This document shows, piece after piece, positions 57,143 to 64,000 of a DNA stretch of 64,000 nucleotides. The notes below the pieces were generated by a model. It ran no database searches, was not told the origin of the DNA, and saw only the letters and a program-made list of their open reading frames with translations. Both the position numbers and the translations under genes were made by a program. The DNA is from a virus: IMG/VR virus record IMGVR_UViG_3300009370_000002, one strand, 5' to 3'. The first letter of the stretch is position 1. Every line of letters starts with the position of its first letter.

Positions 57143-58726
57143 TTATCCTTTGTAAATCCACATAAATTCTTTGATTTGTTCTATTTGTTCTTCATACTTC
57201 TGATTATGCGTTTGAGTATATCCACTCATGCCTTTTATAGCAGTATTCATGACACTATCACTCTTATACATAGAATTTAACATCGCTTTTTTGTATTCTA
57301 TGTCTCTTTTATTAACGTGCATAGCCGTATCCCTCACCCAGCAAGCAATTGCCAAAGCCATTACTAAGTCATCATTATAAGAGCGCATTGCTTGCGGTTT
57401 ACCATTATGCCAAATGAAAGTTTTAAGCTCATGGTATATTCTTGTTGAATATGTTTTAATCATTTTGTTTCTTATAAACTCTTCAAGTTTGGCAACAATC
57501 AGTGGTCGTGTTTTAATCGAGGTTGTGAACCCTGCAACTGCATTTGTCATTGCTTCTCCTTGGTATGCCTCTACATACTCATGAGTTGATTTTATGGAAT
57601 AATACAAGTTAGAATAACCCAAGGTAGTCAACTTCTCTAATATTGAAATACCAATGCCATTATTCTCAACTACCAATAAACAATTTCCAAACTCCGTTCC
57701 CGCTGAAAATAGCATTTGAGAATACATATCCAAATTTGGCTTACCTTGATATTCGGCTACAACTTCCATAGATTCCAGTTTAATAACGTGAAAAACAGAA
57801 TTATCTGCACCGTCTCCTCTAGCCACATCTGCGACAAGTAAGTATGTATTGCCCTCATTATACTTCTCCCACATCCACATGTTTCTATCATACCCGACTC
57901 GATATTCGGGCTCTCTAGCGTTTGAATTAATCCAAGCTAAATCCTCGGGATGAATTACAGTATCTCCAGAAGTGTTGAAGTTACAAAGCAATTCCTGAGC
58001 TATTTGCCTTTTGGACATATTTTTGGTTTCTTTTTCAAACCACCCTTTATCTCTCTCTGGGTGTACATCCCACATCAGCTTTATTGGGTTAAATTCATTC
58101 TCGGCATCCACAGCCCCTATATATGTCTTGTGAAACCAATTCCCTGTGCCTTTTGGTGTTGAAAGTGCAATGCAGCGGCCGCCTGTTGCTAAAGTGGAGT
58201 AAATCGCAGTCCAAATATCATCCATCTTCTCAACATGTGCAGCTTCGTCTACAACCAACAAAGACAATGCTTCTGAGCGGCCAGCATCCTCTGAGGTGGG
58301 TACTGCCTTAATTATTGAACCGTTTGACAATTCAAATGATGTTCTGTTATCAACAGAAATCTGAGCAACCTTCATCCAATCTGGTAGATTTTTCATCATA
58401 CTCTTCACTTTCTTAACAAGATTGGCTGCTGTGCTGAATTTTGTTGCAAGAACAACGATGCTTTTTTCTTTGTGAAAGAGCATAAACCAAACACAATAAG
58501 CAGCAGTGATTGTTGAAATTCCAAGTTGTCTTGCTTTCAGTATTATATTGAAACGAAAATCATTATAGTCATTAAGCAAATCATCTTGATAAGGATAAGT
58601 CTTAAAGCCTATTAGCCCTCTCATGGGATGACTTATACGACAATAGTTGTTAATAAAGTATTGCGAATTCTTACCAGACTTAACAATTTCCTTTACTATT
58701 TCCTTTTTGGTTAAACGGAATGCCAT
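57143..58726 (-). CDS. terminase large subunit (gp17-like)
   Basis: KARQLGIST, LLVVDEAAH, LSTPKG, LLVADVARGDGAD, VVENNGIG, NDDLVMALAI. Confidence 0.96.
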   Translation of the reverse strand: MAFRLTKKEIVKEIVKSGKNSQYFINNYCRISHPMRGLIGFKTYPYQDDLLNDYNDFRFNIILKARQLGISTITAAYCVWFMLFHKEKSIVVLATKFSTAANLVKKVKSMMKNLPDWMKVAQISVDNRTSFELSNGSIIKAVPTSEDAGRSEALSLLVVDEAAHVEKMDDIWTAIYSTLATGGRCIALSTPKGTGNWFHKTYIGAVDAENEFNPIKLMWDVHPERDKGWFEKETKNMSKRQIAQELLCNFNTSGDTVIHPEDLAWINSNAREPEYRVGYDRNMWMWEKYNEGNTYLLVADVARGDGADNSVFHVIKLESMEVVAEYQGKPNLDMYSQMLFSAGTEFGNCLLVVENNGIGISILEKLTTLGYSNLYYSIKSTHEYVEAYQGEAMTNAVAGFTTSIKTRPLIVAKLEEFIRNKMIKTYSTRIYHELKTFIWHNGKPQAMRSYNDDLVMALAIACWVRDTAMHVNKRDIEYKKAMLNSMYKSDSVMNTAIKGMSGYTQTHNQKYEEQIEQIKEFMWIYKG

Positions 58727-58732
58727 TAAACA

Positions 58733-59284
58733 TTAGCCCTTTTTCCTTGTATCGTTTTGAGGGCGCTTGTTCTTATTGTCTAAATCTAAGAATTTCCGCC
58801 ATGAATCTTCGATATTTCTGTTCTCAGAGCCTCCAGCATCAGGGTCAGCCTTAACGCCCGAAATATTGAAATACTGATGTGCTTGAACAAAGTTGCGAAC
58901 TCTCGAAACAGAAGAAGCCAAAATGTGAATATCCCCTTCTTTTGTGAGGGTTACACCTTTTCCGGTGATAACTTTGTATTCTTTCTGAAGAAACTTTTTA
59001 ATCTCGTTTATCATTCGAGCCATCTCATCCTCAAAGCCGCCACCATATATTTCTTTTAACATGATATCTGCTTGATAATGAATACAAAGCTGACTTCCAG
59101 CAAATTTGACACTAAAACCATCATTGATTCTCTTATCAATAAGGGCATCGCCCTCTTCTCTTTTCAAGCCAACCTTACGAATTTTGCCATCATGAGAAAA
59201 TCTTTCGTCATGAGCGCCGTCATATCCATTGGCAGCAGCCTGTGCTATTCCTTGGATTATTTCCAAAATATTTGATTCAGCCAT
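58733..59284 (-). CDS. hypothetical protein
   Basis: 183 aa, co-oriented. Confidence 0.6.
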   Translation of the reverse strand: MAESNILEIIQGIAQAAANGYDGAHDERFSHDGKIRKVGLKREEGDALIDKRINDGFSVKFAGSQLCIHYQADIMLKEIYGGGFEDEMARMINEIKKFLQKEYKVITGKGVTLTKEGDIHILASSVSRVRNFVQAHQYFNISGVKADPDAGGSENRNIEDSWRKFLDLDNKNKRPQNDTRKKG

Positions 59285-59669
59285 TGTTGGGTCTCCATCC
59301 TAATGTCCATCGTTTCTCTCTGCCTTCTACCCATTGTATATAGCACTTAAAGCAACAATCAAACTTAGACATATAAACATCATCTTTTGACTTAAATGAG
59401 TACGTACTACACACAGGACAAGAACGCTTTGATTCTTTTGTAAGTAGTTTCTTGGATATGAAAACTCCATTTACCTCCTCTTCTGAAGACTCTTGCTCTA
59501 TTTGATGAGAGTGAAGTGTTTTCAAATCATTAAGATATTTTTTTTCTTTATCGTCTGACCATTCGCTTTTTGGGTGTTGGACTGTTTCGTTTCCGTATTT
59601 TTCCACTATTGCATTTTCAACCTTAATAGCATAATTGGGATCTTTACTTTTCACTCCTACTCCTATCAA
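59277..59669 (-). CDS. hypothetical protein with Zn-binding Cys motifs
   Basis: CPVC...CCFKCY. Confidence 0.6.
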   Translation of the reverse strand: MIGVGVKSKDPNYAIKVENAIVEKYGNETVQHPKSEWSDDKEKKYLNDLKTLHSHQIEQESSEEEVNGVFISKKLLTKESKRSCPVCSTYSFKSKDDVYMSKFDCCFKCYIQWVEGREKRWTLGWRPNNG

Positions 59670-59929
59670 CCAGCAGCCTGAATGGCGGCTTTGATTACTT
59701 TATCAACTGCGCCTGCTAGTGTTTCATCTCCAGCGGCTTTTGCAATTTCTATTGCCTTTTTCAATATGATATCGTTTATTTGACTGCCAACCTCTTCGGC
59801 TGCATCTCCTGCTTTATCTCCAATGTCACCAAAATCAACAGCGGCTTCTTCTTCTGCAAGTGTTATCTCATTATACAAATCAACTTCTTCTTTAATAATC
59901 TGCTTTAATCTTTGTTCTGTTATTTTCAT
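59666..59929 (-). CDS. leader-bearing small acidic protein
   Basis: starts MKITEQRLKQIIKEEV. Confidence 0.6.
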   Translation of the reverse strand: MKITEQRLKQIIKEEVDLYNEITLAEEEAAVDFGDIGDKAGDAAEEVGSQINDIILKKAIEIAKAAGDETLAGAVDKVIKAAIQAAG

Positions 59930-59941
59930 TTTCTGTCTCCT

Positions 59942-60346
59942 TTATTTTACAGCATGCATGATTCCAATTGATGTCAACACACCAGCAACAAAGCCACCTG
60001 CTAACCAAAAACCATCTTTACTTGGTTTAATTAGTTTCTTAAGTTGTTCATTCTCATCTTTCTTTATTGTAATCATATCATTCAGCCTCTGATCGTCAGC
60101 TTCACACCTTGCCTCTAATAAATCGTATTTATGCTTTTCTTCAGCTTTGGCTCTGCCTTTGTGGTACTCTATCTCAATGGTGCATTGTTGTGCTTTGTAG
60201 CGGTTCTCCACTATAAGCTTAGATACAGCCTCTGAATTAAATAGTCTTCCATCGAAGGGTGCTTTTTGGCCCTTCTTTAAGACAACAAATTCTGGCTCTG
60301 CTCCATATGCAACAGGAAAAGCCAGTAACAATAACATTAAAATCAT
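59942..60346 (-). CDS. secreted coiled-coil protein with C-terminal TM (spanin-like)
   Basis: Signal peptide, coiled-coil and C-terminal FWLAGGFVAGVLTSIGI helix. Confidence 0.5.
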   Translation of the reverse strand: MILMLLLLAFPVAYGAEPEFVVLKKGQKAPFDGRLFNSEAVSKLIVENRYKAQQCTIEIEYHKGRAKAEEKHKYDLLEARCEADDQRLNDMITIKKDENEQLKKLIKPSKDGFWLAGGFVAGVLTSIGIMHAVK

Positions 60347-60353
60347 TTTTACC

Positions 60354-60599
60354 TCACTGAATATTTTTGGTTGATTGGTTAATCTCTAATGTAAAATCTT
60401 TTCTGAGTTTGATTAGTGGATTAAAGTTTGCCTTCTTTCTTTCCAAGACAAGTGCTCCTTGGGGCTTTACCAATTCACCCTCAAGCTCTAGGGCTTCAAA
60501 ATCAATTTCTGTCTTATCCTTATAAACAACTTTTGGCTCATCGTTTGCAATGGAATATGGGCTGTACGCCAAGAGGGCTATAATAAAGCACTTTTTCAT
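60354..60599 (-). CDS. cglF: adventurous gliding motility protein CglF/GltF-like
   Basis: Signal peptide then YKDKTEIDFEALELEGELVKPQG...RKKANFNPLIKLRKDF...QS, matching the KT.IDF....IEG.L.KP.G....RK......LI..R..F pattern I recall for myxobacterial CglF/GltF. Confidence 0.7.
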   Translation of the reverse strand: MKKCFIIALLAYSPYSIANDEPKVVYKDKTEIDFEALELEGELVKPQGALVLERKKANFNPLIKLRKDFTLEINQSTKNIQ

Positions 60600-61396
60600 T
60601 GTTCTTGCCTCATAGCTGCCATTTGTTCTCTGATTGCATCAATCAATTGTTCTTCCATCGTTGGGTCTTGAACATCTACGCTTCCAGTATCTCCTTTGCC
60701 CCACACGGCATCTCTATCAGGCGAGGGGCTTTCTCTTTCTGCTTCTAACGATTTATAAGTTACTGGTGGAAGTCTGCTTGTCGGGCCGGACTTATCAGTC
60801 TTTACCATGTTGCCTCTTCTATCTATTGCCCAGTCTCCAACATAAACCCAGTTTTTGCCTATGGAGCCTCCCATAGCATCATGGCCCTTTACCTTGCCAT
60901 GTATATAGCCATATGGTGAAACATAAGCTTCATATTCTCTCCAACTGTCAAGGGATTTATCTCGCATGAAATTAGCAATTTCCCTGGTTGATGAAATTTT
61001 CCTAGATGGAAGATTCTCTTCGGGATATCCTTTCATGATTATTTCCACTGTTGAGCGAGGAGGATCATCATCAGGTAATGAACCCTCCCTTTCATAAGGA
61101 TTCCAAGTTGCCATCTTGTGGCCTGCTCGGGCGTTATCATATACAGCTTGCTTCATATACTCTTCTTTTGTCATCGCCAATCTCTTGTGGGACTTTTCGC
61201 TTGCTGCATCCCATTCTTTCCCGGCAGAGACAGCTATCTGATATGCGGTAGACTTCGGATCAAGTTTTTCCCACCACTTAGCCTCATTTAAAAGTTGAAA
61301 GAAATCAATCTTACTCCAAGGCAATTTGCTTTCAACAACTGCTCTAATTCTTTCTTCTGTCATTATTTTCTTGAGCAATTCGTTTGAAACTTTCAT
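60596..61396 (-). CDS. leader-bearing orphan protein
   Basis: starts MKVSNELLKKIMTEE. Confidence 0.6.
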   Translation of the reverse strand: MKVSNELLKKIMTEERIRAVVESKLPWSKIDFFQLLNEAKWWEKLDPKSTAYQIAVSAGKEWDAASEKSHKRLAMTKEEYMKQAVYDNARAGHKMATWNPYEREGSLPDDDPPRSTVEIIMKGYPEENLPSRKISSTREIANFMRDKSLDSWREYEAYVSPYGYIHGKVKGHDAMGGSIGKNWVYVGDWAIDRRGNMVKTDKSGPTSRLPPVTYKSLEAERESPSPDRDAVWGKGDTGSVDVQDPTMEEQLIDAIREQMAAMRQEQ

Positions 61397-61566
61397 TTAC
61401 TCTTTCTCCTTATAAGCTTGTTTGTTTTGGCAATCTCGGAGTGAAGCTCGCTAATTTCTTGTTCTATATTATCCAATCGCATCTGAGTTGTATAATAGAA
61501 GCCACCAAGTATTGCGATTACACTTCCAACTGTTAATGCTGTTTTGATATCAATTTCTGTTTTCAT
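61393..61566 (-). CDS. small TM + coiled-coil protein (57 aa, below ORF-track cutoff)
   Basis: MKTEIDIKTALTVGSVIAILGGFYYTTQMRLDNIEQEISELHSEIAKTNKLIRRKSK; 4-nt overlaps with both neighbours. Confidence 0.6.
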   Translation of the reverse strand: MKTEIDIKTALTVGSVIAILGGFYYTTQMRLDNIEQEISELHSEIAKTNKLIRRKSK

Positions 61567-61964
61567 CCTTTTTGAATTCCCAATTCTTGTTCTAAAATCC
61601 TATCTATCTCTTCGGGGCTGTGTTTTGCTTTTTGTACCATTTTCTTGATTGCCTCTTTTTGGCTGTGGGTTGTGTTCCACTTGTCTTCTTCATACTTCTC
61701 TTCAATTTTCTTAACCGCTTCAGAGTATCTTTTGTTTGCTTCTTCTCTTTTCTTAATCTCAAGCTCATGCGCTCTCTCAATTGCCTCTTTCTCTTTCTTG
61801 TACTGCTCTTTGGCTAGATTCGCCTGAAGTTTGATGCTACCTGCGCTCCTTCTGCCTAACGTATAAGCAATAACAAAGATAGTTAATAATACTAACCAGC
61901 GCCAATGCTGCCGACAGAAGACACCAGCTATCTTAAGATATTTAAGCGCAGCTAACCAAGTCAC
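61563..61964 (-). CDS. N-terminal TM coiled-coil protein (i-spanin-like)
   Basis: WRWLVLLTIFVIAYTLG followed by long charged coiled-coil. Confidence 0.5.
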   Translation of the reverse strand: MTWLAALKYLKIAGVFCRQHWRWLVLLTIFVIAYTLGRRSAGSIKLQANLAKEQYKKEKEAIERAHELEIKKREEANKRYSEAVKKIEEKYEEDKWNTTHSQKEAIKKMVQKAKHSPEEIDRILEQELGIQKG

Positions 61965-63010
61965 ACCCTTGCACCTCTTGCAGCAGCAACCTTCTTTAAG
62001 TCTTCAACCAAGCCAGCGGCTCCACGTTGCTGTTGCCAAGATACCAAATCACCAGTGTTTGCTCGATAACCATCGCCCATGCCAGCATAAGACATCCATT
62101 CACCCCATTGCCTTGCGGCATCTGGGCCTGCGGCTCCTGCTGTATACATCTTGTCGAGTTCAATCATCATGCCGCTCTCAGTCATTCCAGAGAGTTTAAG
62201 ATTCTCAACGATTGACCAAACATCAGTGTCCATCTCCAATACTTCACTGATACCCTCTTCTACCGGGCTACCATACATGTGTGCAGACATGGCTTCATAC
62301 TCTCTACACGCTTTTTCATCACCAGCATCACATTTTGCTTTCATGTCCATTAGGTAATCTTCTTCTCGGGACTGCTCTTGAACCTTCCCAAATTCCTCTC
62401 TTATCATCTGCTTGAGTTGTTCTGAGGTTATGTTCAGCGACTCTTGAAAGCCAAAGAAGCCGGGCTTCTTGGCGTATTGCCCAGCAGCAGTTTTACTTTG
62501 TATCCAATCCATCGTAGATTCAAATTTGCCTTTTTTCCAATCACTTTTGAAATCCTGCATCAACTTTGCAGTTAGTGATTCTGGGCGGTATTTACCAAAA
62601 TCCATTGCACCACCTTCGGCACCAGACTTCAAAAACTTCAACAAATCTGCTTCAGCTTGGGCCTCCAATTTCCTACTATAAGGCACTGAATAGTCTCGTT
62701 CTGGTGCTTTTCTTTTACCGCTGTCTTGAGCTTTGTCAAGCATTTGTCTCATATCTTCTTCTTCGTCTGCTTTGAAAACACCTGATGCGATAGCGTTGGT
62801 ATAAGCCTTTATTATAGCAGCCTTGTCACCAGAATCTCTTGCGAGTGTAATTTTAGCTCTTTGTCTTGATTTCTCAGCTTGCTCTTCTCGGTTAAATTTA
62901 TCCAACTCGGAAGGGACAACATCATCATGTCGCCCACGAGTTTGGAAGTCCATGTCTCCACGGATTGATTCTCTAATCAGTTGCCTAAGTTGTTTGGTTG
63001 TTAATTTCAT
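61961..63010 (-). CDS. leader-bearing orphan protein with a second internal leader copy
   Basis: starts MKLTTKQLRQLIRES; internal LNITSEQLKQMIREE. Confidence 0.65.
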   Translation of the reverse strand: MKLTTKQLRQLIRESIRGDMDFQTRGRHDDVVPSELDKFNREEQAEKSRQRAKITLARDSGDKAAIIKAYTNAIASGVFKADEEEDMRQMLDKAQDSGKRKAPERDYSVPYSRKLEAQAEADLLKFLKSGAEGGAMDFGKYRPESLTAKLMQDFKSDWKKGKFESTMDWIQSKTAAGQYAKKPGFFGFQESLNITSEQLKQMIREEFGKVQEQSREEDYLMDMKAKCDAGDEKACREYEAMSAHMYGSPVEEGISEVLEMDTDVWSIVENLKLSGMTESGMMIELDKMYTAGAAGPDAARQWGEWMSYAGMGDGYRANTGDLVSWQQQRGAAGLVEDLKKVAAARGARV

Positions 63011-63014
63011 CAGC

Positions 63015-63377
63015 TTATTCCTCCATGTGAGATGCCATTTGGCGTAATGATTCTTGGCTATTGTTTGAAGCTGAAAGGCGCATACCTTTTTGCCTATAAC
63101 CTTGTGCCTTTAGTGCTTCTATTACCTCACCCAAGTCTCCGCCGCCCATACCACTAGGGTAGTATTGTGAGCCGCGACTTTGTTCTGGTTCGATAATTCC
63201 GATGACGCCATTGTTATAATCATACTGTCCAAAACTCTGTGGTTTTCCAGAAACGCCACCGACAACTCCATATCTAAAGTCATACTTCATCATCTTATCA
63301 ACGTCCTGCGCTCTGCCCATCATTTCGTTGAGTTCTTCTTTAATAATCTGTTTAAGTTGTTTTTGTGTCAATTTCAT
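63015..63377 (-). CDS. leader-bearing orphan protein
   Basis: Start refined to MKLTQKQLKQIIKEEL (TGATG overlap with upstream stop). Confidence 0.6.
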   Translation of the reverse strand: MKLTQKQLKQIIKEELNEMMGRAQDVDKMMKYDFRYGVVGGVSGKPQSFGQYDYNNGVIGIIEPEQSRGSQYYPSGMGGGDLGEVIEALKAQGYRQKGMRLSASNNSQESLRQMASHMEE

Positions 63378-63655
63378 CACATTTGCCCTCCATTTTTCCA
63401 AACTTTAACCATATCGATGACAGATTGTCCACCGACATAAATCATCGCAATCAAGCCCCATGTGTCTGGGTCCAAGTCTGCCCAGACAAGAAGTCCAGTT
63501 GCAACCAAGAACACGAACAGCTTTCGTGAAATTGCCTTTGAAAGGATAACGTCCATTACCCCAACCTTGTTAACTAAGTCTACGGCTTCACAGCCGGTGC
63601 AGTCTTGCACATCACAATGTGCCTCTTCTACTTCAACATCATTTTGTTCGCTCAT
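63377..63655 (-). CDS. putative holin (two TM helices)
   Basis: SRKLFVFLVATGLLVW...TWGLIAMIYVGGQSVID. Confidence 0.55.
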   Translation of the reverse strand: MSEQNDVEVEEAHCDVQDCTGCEAVDLVNKVGVMDVILSKAISRKLFVFLVATGLLVWADLDPDTWGLIAMIYVGGQSVIDMVKVWKNGGQM

Positions 63656-63936
63656 TATTTATTCCTCTTTTTTGATTCTTGCATCATTCCGCCCATGGCC
63701 ATTTCCAAAGCTTGCATGATACTTCCTTCCCTTGGGGGTTGGATGTTTTTCGCAGCTTGTGAGCTATCAAGAAGCTGTTTAAACTCAGCAGCAAGTTGTT
63801 GGATAGCTTGTTGATCAAAACCTTGTGCGGCTCTGTGGGTGTGTCCTGTCCATGTCTCATGCCCTTCACCAATAGAGTGCTTCAATTCTTCTTTGATAAT
63901 CTCTTTCAGTTGTTCTGCTGTTAACTTCATCGGCAT
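63655..63936 (-). CDS. leader-bearing small protein
   Basis: MKLTAEQLKEIIKEEL (second Met at 63930 or first at 63936); AGGAG RBS. Confidence 0.6.
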   Translation of the reverse strand: MPMKLTAEQLKEIIKEELKHSIGEGHETWTGHTHRAAQGFDQQAIQQLAAEFKQLLDSSQAAKNIQPPREGSIMQALEMAMGGMMQESKKRNK

Positions 63937-63941
63937 TCTCC

Positions 63942-64000
63942 TTATACATTTACCTTTGCGTAACCATCGACTTTGTCTATGTCGATTGTCATGTCCACAA
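63942..64000 (-). CDS. partial CDS truncated by window edge
   Basis: Open frame VDMTIDIDKVDGYAKVNV ending in TAA just before the next RBS. Confidence 0.3.
   Translation of the reverse strand, partial: VDMTIDIDKVDGYAKVNV

Noticed and set aside
42-63872. Numerous + strand ORFs in the track (60-175 aa)
   Set aside because: They lie antisense to well-supported minus-strand genes, lack recognisable motifs and often mirror repeats; treated as shadow ORFs
1-64000. Alternative genetic code (TAG/TGA reassignment)
   Set aside because: Core genes (MCP, sheath, terminase, RNR) are full length in the standard code with tight packing; all three stops terminate genes

Overview
64-kb segment of a large lytic T4-like myophage (jumbo/huge phage type). 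Essentially all supported genes lie on the minus strand; the + strand ORFs look like antisense shadows. In transcription order (right to left): (1) ~64-58.7 kb, small membrane/secreted proteins (holin- and spanin-like, a CglF/GltF-like gliding-motility protein) interleaved with orphan proteins that share an N-terminal leader MK[LIV][TSN]xxxLxx[ILM][IVM]xE; (2) a T4-type head module: terminase, portal, prohead protease, ribosomal protein bS21, five fibre-like genes, scaffold, major capsid; (3) neck, sheath, two tail tubes, a tail chaperone pair joined by a T7 slippery run, tape measure and baseplate genes; (4) a short family-A polymerase next to a divergent tubulin/FtsZ-like gene, two WYL_2-like paralogues, gp32-like SSB, thioredoxin, UvsX/RecA, 5'-3' exonuclease, DnaB-like helicase, class II RNR, GroES, ThyX, a J-domain protein and a cytosine-deaminase-like amidohydrolase. 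Consensus sigma70 promoters occur in the replication half, and a CTA(T/A/C)TTA motif precedes many structural genes. Best leads: the shared leader family (candidate capsid-targeting and injected-cargo system), the phage-borne CglF/GltF homologue (suggests a Myxococcota/Bdellovibrionota-type host), the tubulin-like/mini-PolA pair, the candidate +1/-2 frameshift, and a Cys-Cys micro-ORF whose UGA is followed by a hairpin. All family calls are from recognised motifs and synteny; no database search was run, so novelty is unverified. No tRNA, rRNA, CRISPR array, intein or integrase was seen.
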